A DNA stretch of 64,000 nt, from contig NIVC01000129.1 of NCBI GenBank assembly GCA_002269645.1, forward strand, positions 728,755 to 792,754, in the 5' to 3' direction. The translations under genes and the position numbers were made by a program. Positions 40,901 to 52,691 of this stretch are shown piece after piece. Below the pieces are notes generated by a model that saw only the letters and a program-made list of their open reading frames with translations, made no database searches and was not told the origin of the DNA. The DNA comes from Macrostomum lignano. Taxonomy: Eukaryota. The number at the start of each line of letters is the position of its first letter. Position 1 is the stretch's first letter.

Positions 40901-43900
40901 ATATAATCTGTTGTTATTGTTGAATATGTTGAAGTTGCCTTGCTAAACACTTTAGTCTCAAAATATATAAAAATATATAAATTATAAAATAATTTCAGCT
41001 TAGCAACAAAGTTATTTGACTATCCCTAATAGTATGGCAGGACTACTGCCCTATAGGAGCTTATTTGACTAATACTTGTGCCACCCTACCAAGTAGGTGA
41101 ACAGACTAAGGGCATAAGGCATAGCTAAGAAATTTTCTTTGGGAAGAGGATAGTCTTAGGGGGAAAAGTCTTCCTGAACTAGACTCTAGATAGAACCAAA
41201 TGGAAAAAGTGACATTTTCCTGGAACATGCATCTGGCACATTTTTTTAATTTCAGGTCAGTGTGGCGCGGCATAGCATAGTGTAGGAGGTCATGCACACA
41301 GTGCAACACAGTGGCCCAGCACAATGCAAGCGCAACATAATGCAGCGCAGCATAGTGCAATGCAACAAGGAAATATTTATGCAGTGTGATACAAAGCAGC
41401 GTGGCAGCTTGGCGCACTTTTTAGGCTAAATTTTTGGCCTCAACACACTTTTAAGCTGAAGGCTATCACTTCTTGGCGCACATCCAAGCAGTTTGTACAA
41501 AAATCCCAATTGAATAGATAGATAGGCTTCTAGCTAATTTGGCAACAAGCCAATTTAGTAATAACCATTGAGCTATGCATTTCCACAGTCCATTACAATA
41601 GACAAAAACTCAATAGATTGAATCCAAATGATAATATATATATGCTAGACTGGCTAGACTACATACTTGAATAATTTATTTTTATTTTTATCCCTCTTTT
41701 GTATATCTATATTTTACAAAACTAACTTAACTTTATGTTCCCTTTATTTATTCTTTCTATAGCATAGCAATCATATGACTTGATAGCTTTATCTGATAGC
41801 AGTTGCAAATGAGCCTTTGAGTGGAAAACAGTTCATTATGCATATACATATATTTATGATATACAATATATATAATATCTATACTTTTGCAACAAAAAGT
41901 GCAAAGTGTAAAAGTCTTAGTACAAAATACAATTCAACCAGGATTTTTTATGTTTAGTCTATTCAATAATTGTTCTTAGTGTCTCAACACTTGTTTTACT
42001 ATATGCTTTAGGCCTAAGCATATGTGGCTTATACTAGGCCTAGGAAAAACATGTGATATGTATGTGGTAGTTGGTTATTACTTTGGCTAATTTTAAAATC
42101 TAAATAAACATGCAAACACAACTCAATGGATGACAAATTATAGCCCTGTTTTAACTGCCCCCTCATATGTTGCCAAACTGACTATTGCTATTGCCAAATT
42201 GCTTGCCTGTTGCTAAGTCAACCTGTAGAATAAGATCTTATCAACCAAACAAGGGATCTTAAAAAACCAAACATACAAATGACTTTCATTTTTATTGTCT
42301 CATGAGGAATATATTTTAGGAGTCTAAAAAAGTAACATATCATTTGAAAGAAGATATTCTCATCTACAAAATGAGATAAAGTTTTGACAATCTACTCAAT
42401 AGATACTGACTGATACTCGAGGTCAAGAATAGGCCATAAGTAAACAAAGTGCAATAAAGTTAAGCAACTATTCATTTGAAAGAAAAAATGTTTTGAACAA
42501 CTTTGGGGTAGTTTTATTTTATTACATATAAAAAAATGCTATGTATAAGAGAATGTCGAAAAATGACACTTTTATGACATGTTCAGTTGATGAGATCTTA
42601 CCCTAGCCAAAGCCAAACTGCCAAATTAACTGGTTCCCAAAGGACAGATGGTATACCTCATAACTGTACACTGGAAAATTTTGGTGTACAGAGGGATCTG
42701 GCATACACTATTGTGACTATTGGCATACAAATTGGTGTATGCCTACAAAGGGTCAAAGGGGCCTGGTGTACTGCATTGTACTGTCTGTACCCCTTGGTGT
42801 ACAAGCTCAAGCTTGGTGTATAGAGATCGCTGAGACAGCAAGAGGGATTAGGCCTAGGCCTAATTGTTCTGAATCCGAACCAATAAACATATTTGGCGTA
42901 CAAAAAATGACAAGTTAAAGTTTGGAATAGTCTCTATATGCATAGATGGAGCAACTAAAATTGTTTCAGAAAGAATATAGTACGGAAAATTTTTACTAGA
43001 CCATAGACAGAATTGAAAACTAAATTAAAAATTGTGTCCAACTTACTAAGAAACTAAAAGTAAAACAAAATAAATCTAAAAAACTAGTTTCTTACAGTCT
43101 AGAAGTCTATAGGTCTATGACAAAGTTTTATTGATTTTTTGCATAGTAAAGAAACGTGCAATTGCAAGCCTTTTTATTTTTGTCTTGGTGTGCAAGATTT
43201 TTTGTGTGAAATAGGCTAGGCCCTATTAGTCCATTGGCATGTAGGGGCCTACACATTGGCGTACGATAGCTAATTTAGCAAATTTTCTTCTGGCACTGGT
43301 ACATGATCCTGATACTTGTTTCCAAACAAGACCCTCAGGAACTTTGTGTATTGGGTGTCACATTGTCCATTCATTGTTTTTTTGTAATTTCAGACTAACA
43401 AAACTACGCTCCTAGACACTTTTTACATCTTGCATGTTAATGTTATTCTTATTCCCTGTTACCCCTTACGGCTTAAGTCTTTTTGACTTTTTTATTCCTA
43501 AAGTTATTTAAAAAGTTACTATTTTCTACAGAAGTAATTTAACATGCGAAACTAGGGGCCTACAGTGTACACTACAGTTAGTCATATGCCTTAATAAATG
43601 TAAATGTACGATTATTAATAAGTAATAAAAATATTAACTTTATGTACTTTAACTGAAATATGTAATTTTAAGTTATGAAATAATCAATTAAATCTAATAA
43701 ATCTAATTCAAGTCTGATCAGATCCAGAAATATATATATAAATATGGGGGTATATCAATTAGCTACTTTTTGTTTTGCAATCTGCTGAGTACTAGGTCCT
43801 TGTTCAATCTATGTAATTTGTGGTAAATTTCAATTTTGTCTATGACCAAATATATATATTGTTTATTTGCTCCCCAGCGAGTGGGAAATAAATGCATTTA

Positions 43901-44255
43901 TCATCCAGGGCAAGATAAATATAATGCATTAAAACATAGACTAACCAAGCGGGCAAATGGGAGATACATATGGATCTAGGCTCTTTCTAATGAAACTAGA
44001 GAGGGCAATAAATATTTATAAACAAGTTTTATGCAATGGCAATAAAAAGTTATAGCTACTGTAGGTATATAGTTTATCTTATCTGTTTTAGTATACTTTA
44101 GCAATGGTCAATTATTATACCAAACAAAATTCATTGTAATTATTTTAGTTTTTTTGCACTTATTATTGATTTATGTTACCATTTTTAGATAATTTTGTTT
44201 TGATTCTCATTTCTCTAATAGTTAAAAATTCAAAACTGCAGCCTACAAAAATATT

Positions 44256-44863
44256 AGGGTGAGCCAAAAGTTTCCGGAATTTTTTAGAATCGAACTTTTA
44301 GTTAATTTTTGTCTATGGAAAAGCTTAAAAGCAGCAACCATCTACTATGCTGTTGGCCAGCCTTATCATCACTCTTTAGCTTAACATTGCTCAGTTTCCC
44401 AGACCCTGCCTACTTAAGCCAACAAACGCATCCGATGGAACTGCCAAGAACTGAATGGCGAGCAATTCTGCTCAGCCACTTTCATGCGGGACGCAACGCA
44501 GCAGAGGCACATCGCAAGTTGTTGCAGCTGATGGGCCCACATGCACCCTCCAAGTCGTCGGTGTACGACTGGTTCTCTCGCTTTGCTGAGGAGAACTATG
44601 AGCTGAAGGACAAGCCGAGGTCAGGCCGACCCCCTGCTGCTGATGGCGATGCCGTTCTCCAAGCCCTTGAGGACAATTATCCAGACTACAGCGTGCGCAA
44701 GCTGTCAGCCGCTACTGGGGTGTCCTATGGCACGGTCCAGCGGAGCCTGCATGCTGCGGACAAGGTGCCGAAGAAGCCAACTCTGGTTGGCTGCCGAAGA
44801 GACCACTTTTTTACCATTTTTCGGTTTTGCACATGCTAAAAATATGCTCGCTGGACACCCTAA
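44256..44863 (+). mobile_element. Mariner/Tc1-family element fragment encoding only the transposase DNA-binding HTH domains
   Basis: ATG 44435: WRAILLSHFHAGRNAAEAHRKL...SVYDWFSRF..E.LKDKPRSGRP...YSVRKLSAATGVSYGTVQRSL (Mos1-type paired HTH); stop 44839 before any DDD domain; imperfect ends TAGGGTG / CACCCTA. Confidence 0.8.
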
Positions 44864-46464
44864 CTAGGGCCTATAGTATGACTTAAATTGTACTTACAAT
44901 TTAAAGGGTCTAGTAAAAATGCACCAAGGATTCATTCTCCAAGGTAGCTACATAGCCTATGCCATATCAAGGGGTCATCAAATGTGTGCTGGGGCCTATG
45001 AGACATTGCAACAAAAAAGGACCTTTTTGCCACTCTGTATTAAAAATGTGCTAGGCCTAGATGGCTATCTTCCATAGCAACTTTTCTAATAGAGGTTTTA
45101 AGGACATTTCTGACACTATCTACTCTAATCTAACATTTGTTAGGCCTATTTAATAATGGCCAAATGGCCAATATTTAATAATTACTAATTGGCCATGACC
45201 ATGACATGAGTCATGACTATGACAATTGACAATATAGCATACCAAACTGAAAGATAAATATATCTAATAATTGTTTTTAAAGTAATAAGTGTTTTGTTTT
45301 ATGTTTTTTATATACAATTTATGTAATTATATTATTGTTATTATTAGGCCTATTCATTACATTTATAAGCCAAATTACTAAGTATTATTATATATAATAT
45401 ATATAGACCTATAATAATATTATGCAAGAAACCTTAATGAAGTTTCCTAAATTCACCAAGGAATCTCTTAGATCCTTAAAGGAGCCTCCTAGCTCTTAAA
45501 AGACATTTAGGAGTTAGGAGTTAGGACACTTAAGGATTTAGAAGTTAAGAGTATTCTATAACATAGGCCTCAAGTCCTCCTCATCCTTGAAGCTATTATT
45601 GGCCATGGATTAGCTAAGCATGGCAAAAAGGTAGTAGTCAGTAAATGCAAGATCTAGGTTATAAGGTAGATAGAAAAGAATGCCTAACTCAGTGCCAACA
45701 GTTTCTTATGCATTAACTAAGCTTTGTGCACTAGTGCATTGTCATGCAAAATGATGACCTTGCAAGGTTCTAGGCACTTATTGGTCAAAACCTATTGCAG
45801 ATGGTCTTGGATACAATTAGACCAACCTTGGATACAATTTAACATTCTAGAATTAGCAAAAAAACCTAGTCTAAGTAAGGAGCTTATTTTCATCCTTGTT
45901 AGGCCTAATATCTAGTTATACTTTAACAACTTTGTTAGAAGGCATATTGGTAATGATAGATTGTATTTCATATTCATATATACTTTTGTTTTGGGCTTGC
46001 TAAGCACATTGCCAAAACAAGTGTGTTTTATATTGTGCTGCTAATCTCCTGGTAAACTAGTATAGAATCTAGATTTTGACAATGAAGAAAAGACAATGTC
46101 CTAGGCTTAAGGCAAGATAGAAGAAGGTTAGCAACAGCAACATAGATAGGCCTACCTTAGTAAATATTCAATGTATTAACTGTAACACCCTTTAGAAGAT
46201 ATTTGTGAAAAAAAAGAAAATTTAACTTTGAATAATCTTATTTCACAGGAAAAATGCAAAGTTGGGCAAAGCTTCCTATTGTGCAAAAAGCAAGGAAAGA
46301 GCCAGTAGAGAAGCCACCTCAAGCAACTTGTAGTCATGCAACACTAAGCCCACTTAAACAAGCCATAGATTCTGCTAAACAAAAGCTGAGTATAACTAGT
46401 ATTGATATCTATTCACTCAATCACTCTACCTAGAGGCAGCTTTTCACTCACTAAGAATGTGGTA

Positions 46465-47220
46465 AGCTGGGGCGGTTTCTTGTGGTAGGTTAGGGATAGA
46501 TACTTGTGGTAGGTTAGAGATGGATTCTTGTGGTAGGCTAGGGTGGTTTCTTGTGGTAGGTTAGGGGTGGATTCTTGTGGTAGACTGAGACGGTTTCTTG
46601 TGGTAGGCTGGGGCGGATTCTTGTGGTAGGTTAGGGACAGATACTTGTGGTAGGTTAGAGATAGATTCTTGTGGTAGGCTAGGGTGGTTTCTTGTGGTAG
46701 GTTAGGGGTGGATTCTTGTGGTAGACTGGGACGGTTTCTTGTGGTAGGCTGGGGCGGATTCTTGTGGTAGGTTAGGGACAGATACTTGTGGTAGGTTAGA
46801 GATAGATTCTTGTGGTAGGCTAGGGTGGTTTCTTGTGGTAGGTTAGGGGTGGATTCTTGTGGTAGACTGGGATGGTTTCTTGTGGTAGGCTGGGGCGGAT
46901 TCTTGTGGTAGGTTAGGGACAGATACTTGTGGTAGGTTAGAGATAGATTCTTGTGGTAGGCTAGGGTGGTTTCTTGTGGTAGGTTAGGGGTGGATTCTTG
47001 TGGTAGACTGGGACGGTTTCTTGTGGTAGGCTGGGGCGGATTCTTGTGGTAGGTTAGGGACAGATACTTGTGGTAGGTTAGAGATAGATTCTTGTGGTAG
47101 GCTAGGGTGGTTTCTTGTGGTAGGTTAGGGGTGGATTCTTGTGGTAGACTGGGACGGTTTCTTGTGGTAGGCTGGGGCGGATTCTTGTGGTAGGTTAAGG
47201 GCAGTTTCTTGGGGCAATGT
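46465..47220. repeat. Second array of the BAG-intron satellite, organised as a 141-bp (6-monomer) higher-order repeat
   Basis: Equivalent GTTTCTTGTGGTAGGCTGGGG starts at 46593, 46734, 46875, 47016 and 47157. Confidence 0.95.
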
Positions 47221-47682
47221 GGTAGACAATTGGGTTAGCAACAAATTTTAAAAGTTCAATCACTAATTATATTAGAAATGTTACTGCTTACTTGGGCACT
47301 ATTCAATACCACTTAAGATGTTTTGGACTCTAATAAGAATTTTTAAATCAAAACTGATTTTCATCCATCTGTTTTTTGGTTGTTGCACTATAGCACAGGC
47401 CAAAAATTCTAAAGTTAGAAATAAATTGATAAATAAATAAATAGTGATTTTTATTCTTCATAGAAATTAACAAAGTTCTATTGAAAAAAAGAAAATAAGT
47501 ATAAATAAATTTTTGTACTTCACCAAACAATACTTTTCTCCATATTCCATAATTAACCACTCTCATACCACTCTCAAGGCCATAGATGCTTTGGCCTTCA
47601 TCTTAGCCAATCTAATTTGCCTTATAGCTCTTTAACTAGCTAAAAAACATTAGTGTATTGGTCCTTTAGATCCTTAAGAGCC

Positions 47683-47750
47683 TTAAGACACAGAGTTTAC
47701 ATGCCTGCGTACAGTATTGGCGCGCTTGTGTGTGCTCCAGGAGTCAGCTC
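47683..47750 (+). mobile_element. SINE family A short fragment
   Basis: ATGCCTGCGTACAGTATTGGCGCGCTTGTGTGTGCTC resembles the reverse complement of about 61930-61970. Confidence 0.45.
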
Positions 47751-47894
47751 AGGACTCAGGAGTCTTTTGCCTAATCCTATTTGATGAATGAATTTCCATA
47801 GTTTTAAAATAAACAGAAAGCATTAAACTTGGGCTTTAATTCATGTTATTTAATCCCGCTTAGCAGCAGTCACTATCCTGTCAATCAAACAACA

Positions 47895-50800
47895 ATGCAC
47901 CGGCCCAGCCTGTCAGCTTGCCAGCTCATTCTTCGCTCATTCGGTCGCAGCGGTGGCAACATTGTTGCCAGCCGCCGGTTCGCTTCATCAATGAATGTGC
48001 GCGATGCCTTGAACTCCGCCATGAAAGAGGAGATCGAGCGCGACCCTAATGTCTTCCTAATGGGCGAAGAGGTCGCACAGTACGAGGGTGCTTATAAAGT
48101 GTCCAAGGGTCTGTGGAAATTGATGGGAGATAAACGCGTGATTGACACTCCCATCACTGAGATGGGCTTTGCCGGTGAGTGGCAAACTACGAGTATGTCT
48201 ATGTCTTTCATCACCTGACTAATCACCTTTCTAATCCCTTTAGAAGTCACTTATCAACCAGTCAGCTACCTGAGAAATCCTTCCCTAGCAGCCTGAGAAA
48301 TCCCTCCTTAGCAACCTGAGAAATCCTTCCCTAGCAACCTGAGAAATCCCTCCCTAGCAACCTGAGCAACCCCCCCCCCTAGCAACCTGAGAAATCCCTC
48401 CCTAGCAACCTGAGAAATCCTTCCCTATCAGCCTGAGAAATCCTTAGCAACCTGAGAAATCCTTCCCTAGCAACTATTGTGTACCTGGTAAATCCTCCCC
48501 TAGAAATCATTTAGAAACTTAAGAAATACTCCCACTAGCAACAATTCAACCCCTGAATAAATGCTTTAGCAACCACTCAGTACCTCGAACCCCTTTTGGG
48601 CCACTCTACATCACTGATTAAAAGTGAAATACTTGTCGCAATCGCCACCTCAGGTCTGGCCGTGGGAGCAGCCATGGCCGGTCTCCGGCCGATCTGCGAG
48701 TTCATGACCTTCAACTTCTCGATGCAGGCCATAGATCACGTGATCAATAGTGCGGCTAAAACCTACTACATGAGCGCCGGCGATGTCAAGGTGCCAATCG
48801 TATTTCGCGGGCCCAACGGAGCCGCTGCCGGTGTGGCGGCCCAGCATTCGCAGGACTTCGCCTCATGGTACTCTCACTGCCCCGGGCTGAAAGTGAGTCT
48901 TTCAATAGCCGCCCTGCTTCTGATTTTGCGTTGTGGTAACTTTTTCCAGCGCCTATAGCAACCGAATTAGACATTATTAGACATTACATCCCTAGCAACC
49001 AGATGTGGCAGCCCTAGCAACTAGATTTAACAGCCTTAGCAACTAGATTTGACATCCTTTGCAACCCTAGTAACCAGATTTGACAGCCCTAGCAACCAGA
49101 TTTATCATCTCTAGCAACCCGATTTGGCATCCCTAGCAACCAAATTTGGATTTCCTAGCAACCAGATTTGGCAGTCCTAGAAATTAGATTTGAGCGTCCT
49201 TAGCAATCCATAGTTCACATCCCTAGCAACCGGATTTTGAATCTCTAGCCTTATATTTAGCATCCCTAGCAACCAGATTTCGAATCTCTAGCCTCATATT
49301 TATCATCCCTAGCAACCAGATTTGGAATCTTTAGCCTCAAATTTAGCATCCCTAGCAACCAAATTAGGATTTCCTAGCAACCATACGAGTATTTGGCATT
49401 CCTAGCAACTAAATTTAGCATCCTCGGCAATCAAGTTTGGCGTCCCTAGCAACCCGGTTTGACATGACATCCTTAGCAACCAGATTTAGCGCCCCTAGCA
49501 ACTATATTTGTCCAACACTGAAAGGTACCTGGTAGCTTTCCAACATCTTGCAAAAATTTCTAGTGCATTTTATTGAGAAACTGACAGGCACGCCCCATCC
49601 TTTGCACTCTTGCGCAGGTCGTGTCCCCGTGGAACAGCGAGGACGCTCGCGGCCTATTGAAGGCCGCCATCCGGGACAACGATCCTGTTGTTTGCCTCGA
49701 AAACGAAATGATGTACGGCGTCAGCTTTGAAGTGTCGCCCGAGTGCGAGTCTAAGGATTTTCTCATTCCCATTGGCAAGGTGACGAGCTTAATTTTTTTT
49801 AACATTTCTCTGTTCTATTTATCTCTAGCATTGTAAGTCATATTCCAGCCTCATTGTGAGTCATATTCCAGCCTCATTGTGAGTCATATTCCAGCCTCAT
49901 TGTGAGTCATATTCCAGTCTCATTGTGAGTCATATTCCAGTCTCATTGTGAGTCATATTCCAGCCTCATTGTGAGTCATATTCCAGCCTCATTGTGAGTC
50001 ATATTCCAGTCTCATTGTGAGTCATATTCCAGCCTCATTGTGAGTCATATTCCAGCCTCATTGTGAGTCATATTCTAGTCTCATTGTGAGTCATATTCCA
50101 GCCTCATTGTGAGTCATATTCCAGCCTCATTGTGAGTCATATTCCAGTCTCATTGTGAGTCATATTCCAGCCTCATTGTGAGTCATATTCCAGTCTCATT
50201 GTGAGTCATATTCCAGTCTCATTGTGAGTCATATTCCAGCCTCATTGTGAGTCATATTCCAGTCTCATTGTGAGTCATATTCCAGTCTCATTGTGAGTCA
50301 TATTCCAGCCTCATTGTGAGTCATATTCCAGTCTCATTGTGAGTCATATTCCAGTCTCATCGTGAGTCATATTCCAGTCTCATTATGGCTCATATTCCAA
50401 TCTCATTGTGAGTCATATTCCAGTCTCATTGTGAGTAATATTCCAGTCTCATTGTGAGTCATATTCCAGTCTCATTGTGAGTCATATTCCAGTCTCATTA
50501 TGGCTCATATTCCAGTCTCACTGTGAGTCATATTCCAGTCTCATTGTGAGTCATATTCCACTCTCATTATGGCTCATATTCCAATCTCATTGTGAGTCAT
50601 ATTCCAGTCTCATTGTGAGTCATTCCAAGCTCATCATAGCTCATAGTTCAGTGAACTTCGCTGCCAAATCCATCCCAAATCAATCCGAATCCCAAATCCC
50701 CCAACCGCAGGCCAAGATAGAAATCCCCGGCAACCACATCAGCCTCATCTCGTACGGCAAGTTTGTCGGCCTCTGCGTCGAAGCCGCCGCCGAGCTGGCC

Positions 50801-51118
50801 AAAGAGGGCATCCAGTGCGAGGTGCTGAACCTGCGCACCCTCCGGCCACTGGACGAGGAGGCCATCGTGAAGTCGGTGATGAAGACTCACCACGTGGTCA
50901 CGGTGGAGAGCTGCTGGCCCCAGTGCGGCATGGGGGCGGAGATCGCGGCCAGAATCATGGAGTCGCAGGCATTCGACTATCTGGACGCTCCGCTGACCAG
51001 AATGACCGGGGCGGATGTACCGATGCCCTACGCCCAGGCCCTGGAGGCGGCGGCCCTGCCTCAGGTGGCCGACATCGTCCGAGTGGTTCGTCGCACTTTA
51101 AATCGCGCGGCCAAGTAA
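47895..51118 (+). CDS. PDHB: Pyruvate dehydrogenase E1 beta subunit, mitochondrial, 4 exons, about 362 aa
   Basis: Exons 47895-48174, 48654-48892, 49618-49779, 50711-51118. Presequence-like N-terminus, [69 protein letters not shown]. Confidence 0.97.
48270..48570. repeat. About 24-bp CCTAGCAACC-core minisatellite in PDHB intron 1
   Basis: CCCTAGCAACCTGAGAAATCCCTC variants, about 10 copies. Confidence 0.88.
48950..49540. repeat. About 22-bp degenerate CCTAGCAACC-core minisatellite in PDHB intron 2
   Basis: CCCTAGCAACCAGATTTGGCAT variants, about 20 or more copies. Confidence 0.85.
49835..50625. repeat. 23-bp minisatellite (GTGAGTCATATTCCAGCCTCATT) in PDHB intron 3
   Basis: About 34 copies with CAGCC/CAGTC variants. 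Confidence 0.96.
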
Positions 51119-51123
51119 ATAAA
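51118..51123 (+). terminator. AATAAA polyadenylation signal overlapping the PDHB stop codon
   Basis: AAG TAA ATAAA at 51113-51123. Confidence 0.5.
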
Positions 51124-51429
51124 GAAAAACAGCTCATCCTATGTATTGTACTGGATTACCTAATTAGTTCGATGCATAGATTAGCTACAGGAATTTCTAA
51201 TTAATTAGCTATAGCAACCAGCGACTGGACTGGGCCTTGGTGCGGTCTGGCTCAGCCTTTTTGTGTTTTGTCTCGCACCTCTCACTCTCAGATGAGCGAA
51301 TTATAACAATATATTATAGATATTAGTAGTTGTTTTCGAATAGATATGAAATAGAATTGTTTTGTAATTTTAATTTTAATTTTGCTTTTTTGTCTACATG
51401 TACTCACTTTTGTTGCCAAGGGCGTCTTA

Positions 51430-51660
51430 GAAATTAGAGGTCAAATGACCCCTGAATCGCAATAGGGAGGTCAGATAACCCCTTTATCGTATTAGAGAGT
51501 TCAGATGACCCTTGTATCGCAATAGGGAGGTCAGATGACCCCTGTATCGCAATGGGAAGGTCAGGGGACCCTTTTTTGAATGGGTGGGTCATAAGACCCC
51601 TTTTATTTGAGTTAGGAGGTCAGATGACCCCTGTATTTAAGCGTCAGGACAGGTTGACCC
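51430..51660. repeat. About 31-bp degenerate repeat with GGTCAGATGACC palindrome
   Basis: About 7 units of GAGGTCAGATGACCCCTGTATCGCAATAGG. Confidence 0.78.
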
Positions 51661-52691
51661 TTGCGTTGTAATTTAGTCATATAAATGCGTCTGTTGAGCT
51701 TCTTTTTAAACAGTCAAGATGTCCCTTGCAACAATGTCGATGGGATCTAACTAATAAGACAGCAGTCTACTACTTCGTAATGCAGGAATTGCAGTGGCTT
51801 GATGTTGCTCCCAGACTCCTTAATATACAAATTATATCTCCCGCCAATATTGCTTTTGAAGTGCGCGTTGAACACTTGAAAATGAATAGATTTCTTCGCT
51901 AATTTTAATTTGCCGCGGATAGTAATTTTCTAGTTCTTTCTCTAGATACTACTTATAGTTGCTCGTGAGTAGTAGCGTCGGCATTCGGCCGAAAGCGACT
52001 ATATTATAATTTAGTTTTGTTAATCGTCCGCAGCAATCAAATTTTTGTTGTTCGTCTGTTTTCTCGACTTTTCTTTATTTCTTTGCTACTAAATTACTGG
52101 AACGTAAAGTAGTATATTAGGCACATTGTAGTTATAAATATAATAAAAATCGTATAGAAGAAATACATATATGCACATTGACAGCACTGAGTGGATTCTA
52201 ATCTAACTGGTACACCTCTGCTGTCTTCTTGCTACTAATTTTGCTGGATTCCACACTGCTAGTATCTGTCATCACCAAATTGCCTGTTTTACAAGTGTTC
52301 AACACTTCTTTTTTGATTCAGAAAAATATTACCACGGACCATGGGTCCAGTAGACACTGGTGTGCTGGGTGGAATAGCATAGATTTAAGATAATGATCGG
52401 GAAACATGGTTTTGAAATAAATACCACCAGATGGTAGTTTATTAATTTACACAGCTTTTTGTACAACCCTCGTAACATTTTGTAATGAGTAATATACATT
52501 TATATACAAGCATGATCTGTTACTATAGGCGTGTGTACAGTGGTGAATCTTCAAAAATGTGAGTTAGTATGACTTAAAACACAAAGATTCTGGTCCTTGA
52601 TGACGTGGAGGTCCTAGGAAAAAGGTAAACTCAAAAAACAGCTGTCTGCTTGCGTCCGATTGTCATGTCACCCTTGCACGCAGTTCGTACA

